A stretch of DNA of 64,000 nt, from contig NC_042997.1 in NCBI RefSeq assembly GCF_006345805.1, forward strand, positions 64,976,001-65,040,000, given 5' to 3'. Position numbers and translations under genes: made by a program. Shown here in pieces: positions 1 through 12,034 of the stretch; position 1 is the stretch's first letter, and every line of letters begins with the position of its first letter. The notes under the pieces are model-generated. The model saw only the letters and a list, made by a program, of their open reading frames with translations, did no database searches and was not told where the DNA came from. This stretch comes from Octopus sinensis. Taxonomy: Eukaryota.

Positions 1-116
1 ATATGAGTTACTGTTGACTAAATTTAAAGTAACACTCTTGGTGATAGCGTAATCGTTTAACTTTTAGTAGTTAATTTAAATGTAAGAATTATATCGCCTT
101 GAAATTATATAAAATA

Positions 117-171
<55 letters not shown>

Positions 172-174
<3 letters not shown>

Positions 175-398
175 ATAAATATTAGGGAATAAATCCAAAT
201 TTACATGGAAAAAATCAGATTTAGGATTAAATCGATTTTATAGTAAAATATTATAAAATATTATTCGAGACAAAACCACTATTTTGCAAAACAAACAAGG
301 AAAGACTTAATCAATACATAAATTTTAATAAATAGTCAAAAAAACCGCCACTACAATCGTTTCTTGTCTTGATCGACAATCTTCAGGTGGACTTCCAA
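172..398 (-). mobile_element. Non-coding PLE-type terminal repeat carrying a hammerhead; 3' end abuts (TA)n
   Basis: Near-identical copy at 36438-36662; contains the HHR at 348-390; begins directly after (TA)n 119-171. Confidence 0.7.
348..390 (-). ncRNA. Minimal type I hammerhead ribozyme
   Basis: Minus strand: ccac-CUGAAGA-uuguc(gaucaa)gacaa-GAAA-c-gauu-GUA-gugg; stem I ccac/gugg, 5-bp stem II, GUA cleavage triplet. Confidence 0.85.
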
Positions 399-414
399 TA
401 ATTCAGTGTCAAAT

Positions 415-545
<131 letters not shown>

Positions 546-1939
546 GCTTGTATGTGTAAGCGTGTTTGTGTGAATTGAATATAGTATTTATGCATGTATC
601 ATGAATATAAATTTAGGTAAATTGAATAGTGACACTTTCAGTTGATTTGCTGAATCACTAATTATATAGATGAAGTTTATTCAACTAATTATTTCAATTC
701 AGTAATGGACTCTACATGCATGTAAACCAATACTAGAACATATTAATATCTAAGTAACACACATTAAATTCAGTACGTTTACACTTGAATGGTGTTCACT
801 ACTGCTGAAATATTTCTGTAAATTGTACCCCATACAGACTGGGTGTAATCTAAGTTCATTACAAGTTTACAGACGTATGTTTTCCTAGTTATCTTCTTAT
901 ATATCTTTCCCTATTTTCATGATCTGCGTCTTACATTCCCAATATACCTTTGTATGTTCCCTCTGCACTTGTCACTTTCTCTCTATCATTGCGTGGCGGT
1001 ACTAATGTTTAAAATAGTTAACTTAAGGTAATGCTAATAAAACGTTAGAGAAATGAGGATTAAATAAAGATTCCACTATGAGATACTGTTTCAACTATTA
1101 ATCGGCTTGGCAATGCAAAATCAATCAAAACTCAAATCTCCGGATCAGCAGAAATATGTTTGTTATAACCTTTTTAATTATTGATTTCTTTGACAAGTTC
1201 ACCTGTCAATGAATCGTATCAATCTATCACATATACCATTAATATCATAAGAAGGAAAGAGAGTCAGTAGGTTTATCATGATTAAAAATCACATCCATAC
1301 TAAATGAATGAAATGCAAAATCTGAAATTACAGAATTCAAATTAGGGTAAAACCAACCGTTGTAATGCAGCTACACTCTTCCTTTTATTTTCTTTAAAAC
1401 TATTTATTTAATATTTTTAGCCTTGTATAAACCATCCATTTTTTTGTCGGACGAAAAGAGTCACGTGTATAATATAACCAATACCTCTGGGAATCATAGG
1501 AGCATTAGTGATGTTATAACGTGATTTTCGTTTAAAACGAACATTTATCCTGTTGTGATTTATTATGCGCCAGGATATGCACATTTCCTCTATGGATTAC
1601 ACCTCACTTTCATGAATTACTGCCTGGAAAAAGGAAAAAAACTGAATTTGAGAGAAATAGGTTTGAAAATACCTGTCATCCCGAATTCATCATTTGTTCT
1701 ATCTATAGTACTTGTCAATTTTCCTGTTTCCTTATTGAATACTGATCTATTTCCGTAAATTTTAAAGCAATGACGCAAACATGTGCGTTATATAGTTATA
1801 TAGTCCAGTGAACCAATTTCGTTATATTAGCAATATTGTATCACAGAAATATAAGATTGATTCAACGGAATCGGCGCTTTTAACGCAAAGGTTCAGATAA
1901 ATTAGTACCATAGTGTATTTTAGACGTACATTATATACT

Positions 1940-2700
1940 TTCTGCCATGAACTGCCCCTAAATATTTATATTCAGTGATGCTTCAAGTATTAATAGGATG
2001 TGAAAAAGGACTCACAGCCGTTGAAACAGCATTAATGCAATTGAAACCAAAAATAAAGTGAAAGATGACATTAGTGAAAGATGAGCAAGGAGAATAGAGT
2101 TTTATTTGTTAGTTATGTTGTATTCTGGAAGCAATGAGAAATATTTTATTATTCCTTCTACATTGTTGCTGCTGAAACGTCCAAAGACAAAATAGATTGA
2201 AAAAAATATAATAAAATATATTTAAAGGAAAATGAAGGAAAAGGGTAAAATTCACTTGTTTAAGAAAAAAATAGAATAAAACGTATTTGATATTTTAGAT
2301 TGAAGACGTAAAAAATAAAATGGGTAAAGTTTTTACTACAAAGATACTAATTTGTTTTGACACAAATAGCTGGTGGAAACAACGATGCATAAACTTATTA
2401 CACACAACAGTTACTTTGGAACAATCATGTATGATAGTGCATGTAAATAGTAAGGAGTTAAATATCAATATTGAAACTATTATTATATAAGCTGTTGGTG
2501 GTGCTGTTGTTATTACTTTCACGTCTTTCTTTTTCCTGCATTTGTTATATTATGATTCATTTTTCCTGCTTTCATCAACCGTTCTGCTCTATCAGAATAT
2601 GAAAGTAGGATGCGACAAATCGAGAAATTTAAGAAATTTGAATATAAAGCATTAGTTGTTAGTTGCAGAAAATTAAGCCAAAAAAAACCCGGCAGCAATT
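1940..2700 (+). pseudogene. Possible decayed plexin-like fragment (last IPT domain, TM helix, juxtamembrane helix)
   Basis: Frameshifted peptides HNSYFGTIMYDS (from 2403), NIETIII*AVGGAVVITFTSFFFL (frame from 2461) and RSALSEYESRMRQIEKF..EYKALVVSCRK (from 2580) follow the order of plexin LG-x-x-x-YD / TM / A-x-R-[DE]-Y-x-K...CKK; stops and frameshifts present. Confidence 0.33.
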
Positions 2701-2741
2701 GTTAAATATCAAGGAAGACAATGCAATATAGTTTCTAGTTT

Positions 2742-2992
2742 GACACACCGGCGAAATGCTTAGCGGTATTTCGTCTGCTGTTACGTTCTACCTACCCCCT
2801 TGTGGGTAGTAAAGAAATAGGTATTTCGTCTGTCTTTACGTTCTGAGTTCAAATTCTGCCGAGGTCGACTTCTTATTTCATCCATTCGTGGTCGGTAGAT
2901 CAAGTACCAGTTGTTTACTGGGGTCGATATAATCGACTGGCCCCCTCCCTCAAAATTTCTGGCCTCGTGCCTTGAGTAGAAAAGAATAATTT
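2742..2992 (+). mobile_element. tRNA-derived SINE, family A
   Basis: gagttcaaattc B-box and core ccgaggtcgac...aagtaccagt...ggggtcgat..aatcgact shared with copies at 16219, 19400, 24533, 48215 and 54558. Confidence 0.8.
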
Positions 2993-3039
2993 CTCTGTTG
3001 TGAGAGAAATAGATTGCCATCAAAAAATAGAATTTTACA

Positions 3040-4300
3040 TAGGATGATTCCTCTCACTTCCACAGGAAACTTTACCTGAACTCCCAAACACCATCCCTAT
3101 CCAGCTGAGCCACATCCAAACCTATCCACACTGCTATACTTTCACACCCACTCATTCTCCAGAGTCATTAAGAAATCTTCCACATACACACCTTTACCGT
3201 ATAGCCCCATCCCTTCGGTTTACCCTTCTTGCACACAAGTACACACTTCTATTCACCTAATATGTTGTGTCTTTAACACGCGTGCACACACTCAGACACT
3301 CACTCAAAGACACACGCATACACTAACACGCACAAACTGGCACGCGAAAACATAGATGCCCTCACACAAACTCCCTTCACATATGTACACTTCTACCCGC
3401 CCATTAGTTTGTCTCATTGACGCTGTCGCACAAATAATGTCTGGCGAGCATACTCATAGCCACGATCACTTATTCTTTACAGTCACAATCATTGGCGCAT
3501 GTTCCTCACTCAGTGGTATACTTGCATGTATATTCTACATTTCTTTCGGTTGGTACCTTTGAATCCCCGAATCTCTCACTTCCTTCGCCTCCTTTTTAAT
3601 TCTGCTTGACCGTTATTCCCTCATTACATAGCACCCATCCCCCACACAAACATATACACTACTTCTGCTTCACACAAACATATAAACTACTTCACGCAAA
3701 GATGACTAGTTTCGTTACTTTCTGTCAGTTCCATGCGCCATCTGCTCTTTTATTCTGCAACACGTGTAAAAACGTTCCGGTTTTCAACTTCATTTCAATT
3801 AATTCTTTTTCTTCCTGGAGTATAACATTTTTATAGATACATTCCACCATCTCCTAAATATTTTACCAGCTTTTCTGGCTCGTTGTTCAATGTTGAGATT
3901 TTTCTTCTATCACTTTCTTTGAATTTTCTAGTCCGGAAATTCCTTCATATTTTACTCTTTTTCGTCACCTTTTCAAATTTTAGACTAAACTTAACATCTT
4001 TGATTTGAAAATGCACTCATTATAAAATGCTCTTCAATCCTACATATTTTTGTATCTGCATTTTCTTTCACGAAAATAAGTTTTCATCTACATCTTGGTA
4101 TCAAATGTAATTCCACGACATATTTATACGTGATCTCATTTTCTGGTTTACACGCTTTCACACAATCACACACTAAGAAGTACACAAAAATCAACATCTT
4201 CAGGCACTCTAACTAATGCTATTATTTGTCACTGAACTTTACACCAATACCACATCTGTCCAGCTATGTTCTGTGTTATTGCTACCGTGTTCTTCTTCAA
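3040..4300 (-). mobile_element. Highly decayed RTE-like LINE relic
   Basis: Residual APE-like peptides (CGIGVK, KPENEITYKY) and Cys-rich/RT-like remnants; no open frame. Confidence 0.35.
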
Positions 4301-4388
4301 GTTTTTACATTGCATTGTATATAAGCATTATAGTATTATAAACAAATAGACAATAGATAGAAAGATTGATAGATATGCATAATGGTAT

Positions 4389-4432
<44 letters not shown>

Positions 4433-4441
4433 GTATATACG

Positions 4442-4480
<39 letters not shown>

Positions 4481-4632
4481 GTATATACGTATACATACAT
4501 ATATATATATATAATATACATATGTATGTGTATGTATATATATATATTATATATATAATATATAGGAACCAGGGTATTCTATTTAATTGACAAGGGAGAC
4601 AACCTCCCCACCGAAAGCGAGGTGCGCGAGGT

Positions 4633-4685
4633 GCATTAAATTAGCTTGCTAATTTTGCATAGAAATTAATGCTCATCAGTAATGC
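4633..4685 (-). ncRNA. Hammerhead ribozyme motif with G12>A, inside a repeat at ~4565-4790 that abuts (TA)n
   Basis: Minus: gcauua-CUGAUGA-gcau(uaauuucu)augc-AAAA-uuagc(aa)gcuaa-UU-uaaugc; 6-bp stem I, 4-bp stem II, stable stem III. Confidence 0.7.
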
Positions 4686-4949
4686 TTACCCCATCGCAGG
4701 TAGTGACGCCGAATTTTCGCGTGGCTAAAGAGACTCTAACTCTTATTTCTAGTCATGCCGGTGCTCTCTGCACACTTGGTCAGCTTTTGGTGATGCTGAA
4801 GTATTTCCTTTTAGGTTATAGATTGCGCCTACACACCTTAATTATTTTATAGCTTTCACATTACAATTACCAGTATTTATTATTCAAAATTCATCTAAAA
4901 GAAGCATAAAAAGAGAATAAATGGTATCGTTAGTCATTGACAGACATAG

Positions 4950-5850
4950 TTTATTAAGCCTTTCCTCTCGTTTCCATCTTCAGCCGCTAGAAGTATTTCA
5001 TTGAGCGACATCCCACCGTTTGCACAAATCATATGGTTGTACGTCATTCTTGGTCGTTACCTCTATCACTTTCCGCCCTTTAGGTCGTTAAAGTAGATGT
5101 AGCATTTGGTGGCCAATCCATCTCAGTTGGTTTTCCTTTATCTTTTATGTAATTTGCTTTTATGTCATTTGTCAATCATTTGGTACAATGATTTTTGAAA
5201 ACGTAGTTTGCTTGAAAAGTCTTCATCATGGCCCTTTGTCGATTCGTATTTATTATCCATGTCTCGCATCCACTTGTAAAAATTGGGAGACATAGAGTTT
5301 TGTACATGCTTTTCTTCGATATTGGGTTGTCAGACGACTAGAGGTGTTGAAGCTGCAACATTGCTCTACATGCCACTCTCCTTCTGTCTATGTCACTGTT
5401 TGAGCTATGAGAGAGATCAGTTAGAGTCGATCCAAGGGGATTTTATTTGTCCTGGATCTCTGTTTTCCATTTGCCATGACACCATTGTTTCGTCTGTGTT
5501 TATATTCATGGTGAAATACTCCGTCTTCGATTCGTTTATTTCTAACCTACAGTATTTGTTGCTCCCATAACAGTATCCAAGTAGTCTTGTGCTTTTATGG
5601 AATTAGGAGCAAAGCGAACAATACCATCTGAAAATGCAAGATAGGTCAAGTTATGCGATTCTGACACGCGAATTCCATCCTCCTTATGGGTTGCAGCTTT
5701 CATCACATGATCTATAAACACCAAAAATCGATAAGGTGTTAAGGTATCACATTGCAGAATTCCTCTCTGAGTTGTCAAGCCACGGACTGTTTTCTATTAA
5801 GAAGGACATATGTTGTTTGATGTTCCCGATCCCTTCAAGAATCGTAAATA
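4950..5850 (-). mobile_element. RTE-group LINE relic (RT to C-terminus)
   Basis: ORF 5542-5778 GILQCDTLTPYRFLVFIDHVM...LTYLAFSDGI matches the RT motifs GxLQGDTLAP..F and LxFADD; downstream QLRWIGH. Confidence 0.75.
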
Positions 5851-6524
5851 CAGTGGTTCTGTCAACGCTGTATATATACATAAATTTTCACATCTTTATG
5901 TATATGTACATATATGCGTGTGTGCGTGTGCCTGTTTGTGTGTAATATTTTACGATTCAGGTGAAACAACCACTTAAATAGTAGGGCATTTTAACTTTTA
6001 CCCGACCCGGTGCACTTTTGTCTTCAAAGCTATAAATCTTAATTATACACTACCTACGTTTGACGTTGTGCTCTCGTCAGATATAAGACTAATATCTGAT
6101 TTGGCAAACTCATTCTACAAACAACGAAGGCAGTTGAATCACAAACTCTGCACTGACCGTGGATTTTTGAAACTTTGTAAATGTTTTGAAATGATTTTAA
6201 GCGGTCCTATTCATGTTCGTGTAAACTTCTGGAGAAAATGATTTTTCAGAATGATATAATGTATCCATTAATAAATTACGAATTCATTGGAAATAGCTGT
6301 AATGCATTGCTTAACTAATTTACTATATTGTACTGCTAATAAATTAACATTAATGTTAATAAATTAATTTATATTCATTAAGTATCTCCATTTTCAAATA
6401 ACATTTAATATATATAACATACCGATTTTATACTGAGAGATATTTCTCAACAATGTAATACCTTAAACCAGTGCAACTTGGATGAAACTATTCCTATCAG
6501 AGGTTTATATATCCTCATATTGAC

Positions 6525-6615
<91 letters not shown>

Positions 6616-6880
6616 TATACATATATATATATACCTATATATATGGGTATGTATGCATATATATATATACATGTATAATTTTAAAATAGGATAAAATCTT
6701 TATAGGTAATCAAGTAGTGAAAAACGTCATCACGGAAAACTTTATTAATTGACTTTAAGTTTTGACTTTAAGAGTCCCACTTAGCATGAGGCATTTATGT
6801 ATAGTAATGCCCTTAATATATATAAATATATAGATCTGTATGTATATACATACATATATATACATATATACTTATATATG

Positions 6881-6934
<54 letters not shown>

Positions 6935-6952
6935 CATATATACTTATATATG

Positions 6953-6989
<37 letters not shown>

Positions 6990-7028
6990 CGGGCAGGATA
7001 TCCACACACACACACGCACACACACACA

Positions 7029-7094
<66 letters not shown>

Positions 7095-7196
7095 TATATA
7101 TATATATATATTAAATAATAAAGGTAGAAATTTATGTTAATCAATTAAAACCAGTGGCTTAGTATATTTAAAAATCAGAAGATAAAATTGTATTAC

Positions 7197-7369
7197 ATAC
7201 AAAATTAAGAGGAATGACCACTAAAGTGGACACCCTATATACTAAACATAGACGTCAATTCGCTATTACCACAAACAATGTGTTCTCTAGAACACAATCT
7301 TTATGGTAATGTCGATTTGATGTCTATGTTTAGGGCGTCCACTTTAGTGGTCATCCCTCTTAATTTTGT

Positions 7370-7371
<2 letters not shown>
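7197..7371. repeat. Imperfect ~175-bp palindrome at the end of a TA-flanked repeat
   Basis: atacaaaattaagaggaatgaccactaaagtggac... is mirrored by ...gtccactttagtggtcatccctcttaattttgtat; centre tgtgttctctagaacaca. Confidence 0.9.
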
Positions 7372-7407
<36 letters not shown>

Positions 7408-8008
7408 ATACATACATATATGAAAGAATGGAAGGGATATTTCTTATTCTGCCATGCTTTTTAAAACATTTTTAAAATTCTCTTAAATATTCTTCCTGGT
7501 ATTATAAATTAACTAATGCGCTAAGTTACATTTAGATTAACAAATGTGATTGTATACAAATATATTTCATGGCGGTTATATTACCTCATTTTTCATATTT
7601 CATTTTTTTAGTTTTATCATTGACTTTATTTTTAATTATTTACGCTCGCACTATAAGATATAATTACATTTAAATTCAGTCTTTTCTTGAATCTGTGAAA
7701 CTTCATTTATCAAAAATTACGCTGAGGTGTTTCTTACACATAAACAATGGATTGTTATAATTCTAGTCTGAGTAGAGAATAGAAACAATTTTATGTAAAT
7801 TGTATATAGTATTTATTATATTATAATATACTACTATCAAAATATAATATATATAATATAATGCGAAGGAATTTAAATTATTGAATTAAACATAGTATAT
7901 CTCCATTTTCATAGATTTAATATATACCCAACTGATTCTTAAGGCTATTTCTACAAAATTGGGAATTTAACAGTGGAGTCAGTGACATGTTGGGTATCTG
8001 TATGTATC

Positions 8009-8040
<32 letters not shown>

Positions 8041-9420
8041 TGTATGTATGTATGTATGTATGTATGTATGTATGTATGTATGTATGAGACAGACAAACAG
8101 TTAGACAGATAGACAGACAGACAGACAGACAGACAACAGATAGATAGATAGACCAAAAATTAAACTTGTGTATAAATATATGCGTTGGAAGTTCGTGTGT
8201 ATATGTGCGTGTGTGTGCGCACGTGCGTATCTTTTCTTAAATTCTCGTGCAGCAGGACGCAGTTAACGACATACAGTGTATACATGAAACCTTAATTTAC
8301 CATTGTGTAGTATAAGTATATAAAACCGATGATTCGTTTGGAGACATTTGTTTTTGTACAATAGTTTTTAAAAACTTCTTTAATGTTGATTTTCCTTTTC
8401 CAAGCTTACAAAGGTACCCGGTTTTAACCAAACCTAATATGCTTTTACGTCAATCAAAAATAATCATAACAAAATATGCAGTATTGACAGGTTTTTGAAG
8501 ATTATTTGCAGAAAGGTAACATCATTAAGAAAGGATTTACAAAATTAAGATGAAAATTTAAAATGGACTCTTTTCCTTCAGCATACATAAGTAAGTTATC
8601 TAAGGAATATGATTTTCCTCTCCAACAAATTTTCAAAATGCTTTACAACTTTTTCTAAAAGGTTTTCCATAACACATTTTAGGAAATTACGTTAACAATA
8701 ACTTATTTATTTCTCAGAATAAATCTTGGCGATTTATAACTGAGTACTTTAGATGCATAATATAAATTTTAAAGTTGGCAATGCCTTTTTTCTCTTTTTA
8801 ATTTGAATGCCTTCCAGAAGATTTGATAGTGGTTGTACGTTCATTCACTACCGTTAAAATAATTGAAAGCTATGAATATATTGAATCATTCATATTCATT
8901 ATCTCCTATGTCAAATTAAATTAACATCAAAATGAATGAATTTTCCTTCATATTTTTAGTGGCATTTATAAATAAAATTTATGGCATTTCTCTTCGTTAT
9001 TTTATCTTCACGTTGCCTTTTTTCCCTGGAATATCAGCGAAAAGAAATTGGTGTTTACTGAAGAAAAAAGAACAAGTGCGGGATTAATGGCTCGTCTTTA
9101 GCTTCAGGCTTTTCGCGATATATATTGCGTTCTCAAAACGAATGACATCTTTGCTAAATATGTCATTTGTTTTGACGGAAATAAGTGGCGAGCAAATCAC
9201 CAAAATTGTGATAGAATGCATTGAGGTTAAGTTGTATAGAGACCTGTTCAGCACAGAGAAATGTGGTACAATGCGACGTTCACGGTGACCAGTTTTCTTT
9301 GATAATGGGTTGATTTAGTTTTCAGGTCCCTTGAATCTCGACAATGGCCATGAACACGTTCAGCGTTTCCATTGTGTATCACTAATTGACCGTTATGTTT
9401 TGCCCCAGGCATTTACTCAC

Positions 9421-9490
9421 CAAACTAGCTGCTAGACCCATAAATGCTTTTACAATATGCTTATAACCGTTACCAAATGCTTCGCTGATT
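9421..9490 (-). CDS. Candidate internal exon of an unidentified host gene (ISEAFGNGYKHIVKAFMGLAASL)
   Basis: Minus strand: polypyrimidine acceptor ctctcttgtgtcttttctcccaaatctAG, 70-nt exon with an open frame, donor ttg|GTGAGT; lies in non-repetitive sequence. Confidence 0.4.
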
Positions 9491-9629
9491 CTAGATTTGG
9501 GAGAAAAGACACAAGAGAGTATTTTCAATTTGTTTCTGTTTTTGCTTTATTTTCCTTTGTATCCGGTTTTCAGTTTTTGTATATTGTTATTGTTATCATA
9601 ATCATCATCATTATTATCGTTATTATTCT

Positions 9630-9670
<41 letters not shown>

Positions 9671-9919
9671 TGAAAACCATCACCACCACCACCACCATCA
9701 CTGAGACACTGGGGTCGATGTACTCGGCTAGTCCCCTCCTCCAAATTTTAAGCCTCAGGGATTATCCTTATAGTATATAGTAATAACGTAGTAGAAAGCA
9801 TATAGTAGCATATAATATTATAGTAGTATATAGTAGAAAGGATTATTATTATTATTGCTGTTATTAATATTATTATTGTTGTCGTTGTTGCTATTGTTAT
9901 TGCTATTATTATCATTATT

Positions 9920-11071
9920 TAGTAGTCTTATTTTTATAGCGTGCTTCCACTGCACTACCGAGCCCAGCTCTGTGTGCCTTGGATATGTGCTGTGGTTTGG
10001 TGTGATATTCTTATAGTTACTCTATTGAAAGTGTTTACGTAGGACGTGTGCGGTGCTCAGTAGTGCTTTTTTCTGTATGTTATATATATTTGTTAATCGT
10101 GGTTTTTTTGTTATGTATTTGTCTGAATATTTTTTTTATCATATCTAATGCGCCTACTATGATAGGAATTGCTTCTGTTTTTAGATCCCACATTCGAGTC
10201 ACGTCCATATCCAGCTCTTTGTATTTTGAAAGTTTCTCCATTTCTTTTACAGAAACGTTGTCACCTGTTGGTATTGATACATCAATTAGAAAGCATTTTT
10301 TTTCTTCATGATCTCTGACAACTATATCTGGTCTGTTGGCCTTAATTTCTCTATCTGTGTGTATCGGCATATTGATGATCTCTCACAACTATATCCAGCC
10401 AAATTTGTCTTAATTCCTCTATCTGTGTGTATTGGTATATCCCATAGTATGGTTGCTTTCTCATTTTCTGTGATGTTTTCTATACCATCTTTTTCTTTCG
10501 TTATTCTAGTGTTGCCATAGCTTCCAGTGTATATAGGTCCCAAATCTGTCGTGTCTGTGAATGTATTCTTTTTAGTCAGGATTAGGCAGCCAGAGATAAT
10601 ATGGTTTATTGTTTCTTGTCCATTTCCATACATTCTGCAGTTACTTGTTATGTTTCTTTTCATTATATGTTTTAGGTAACTTTTGGTAGGAAAGTAATTA
10701 AAAATCCTTCTCGCTGGTTTGAGTGCTGAGCTTCTCAGCCATTGTTGCAATTTTGCTCTATTTATTTTGCCTTTAGTTTAACCAGCATTTGGCATGAAGG
10801 GGATCTTCTTGTCATCGGTTTATTATGATCCGTTGCTGTTCCAGATTTAGTTTGGATTTCAGTTGTTTTATAGCTTTTGTTCTTTCTTCTTTTTCTTCAT
10901 AGTTATTTTTATATGTCAGCTTCCTTAAAGACTGAAAACAAGTTTTTGTTTTGTTCGTGTTTTATGGCTATATGTATTAGTTTTCTTTGTTTCTAAAGTA
11001 GATATATTTGTAGCCTTATGGTGGTTATCTTGTAATAGTTTTCTAGCTGTATAAGGCCCACCTTCCACAGG

Positions 11072-11130
<59 letters not shown>

Positions 11131-12034
11131 ACATTTCGATTGGGATTTGGGGTGGTGCATCGTAAATCCTATCATTATTTTTTCTTGTTTTCCTGTCTAT
11201 TCTGATTAGTTTATTTAGTGTTCAGTTAAGGGCATTGTAGCTATAACTTATAACCAGGACGGATAGACTGTTGATACACATTATCTTGTTTTGCGCATTG
11301 CGCTCTGTTTTCTGTATTAACCTAACTCTTCTTTGGTATTTTTTTATTTTCTCTTACATTTGTGTTTGTTGTATCGTATCGAGTTCATTGATTCCTAAGT
11401 ATATCTGGCTTTTGTCTAATCTTCAAATTTCATTTACTTTTTATTGTGTGATATTGCTACTCTTAACTACTTTTTTTCTCTTTTCAAGGTTGCGTTAGCA
11501 CATTTTTCTAAGCCAAATTCCATGTTTATTTCTTTGGTAAATCCATGTACAGTCTGTAGTAACATTTCCAGCTGTTTATCATTTGTAGCGTATAGTTTTA
11601 CGTTATCCATATATAAGAGGTGGCTGATTGTTTTTCCGTAGCAGTTGTATCGACATCCGGTCCTGTGTAGCATTTTAGATAAAGGCGCTAGTGCCAAAAA
11701 GAAGAGGAGTGGAGAGAGTGTGTCTCCTGGAATATTCCTCTTCCAATGGGGATGGCTTTGGTTTTTATGAGTCGCTCTTTTGTCTGAAGCTGTAGCACTG
11801 TTTGCCACTTATTCGTGGAATGTGCATATATTTTATGATTATTTGTGCAACCTTGTTCATGGCTAAGGTTTCTAGCATCCATGTATAGGGAATGCTATCA
11901 AAAGCCTTTCGGAATTCGATCCAGAATATACTGAGACCGTTCTTCTTTCTGCAGATATCTTCAGTTATGGCTTTTTTTATCATTAGCTGATGTTTACAGC
12001 CGTATGAGCCCTTGCAGCATCCCTTCTGCTCTTC
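9920..12034 (-). mobile_element. R4/Dong-like REL non-LTR retrotransposon, copy 1 (decayed, 5'-truncated)
   Basis: FWIEFRKAFDSIP, GDTLSPLLF, HLLYMDNVKLY, zinc knuckle CRMYGNGQETINHIISGC, RPDIVV..LIDVSIP..KLSKYKEL; 3' end next to degenerate (TAA)n. Confidence 0.9.

Noticed and set aside
6050-6085. Possible HHR on the minus strand (CUGACGA..AAACGUA)
   Set aside because: G12 is missing and stems I and II do not pair; at best a decayed relic, so not counted
8400-8596. Two 9-nt AG..GT micro-exon-like segments
   Set aside because: Expected by chance in AT-rich DNA; no other support
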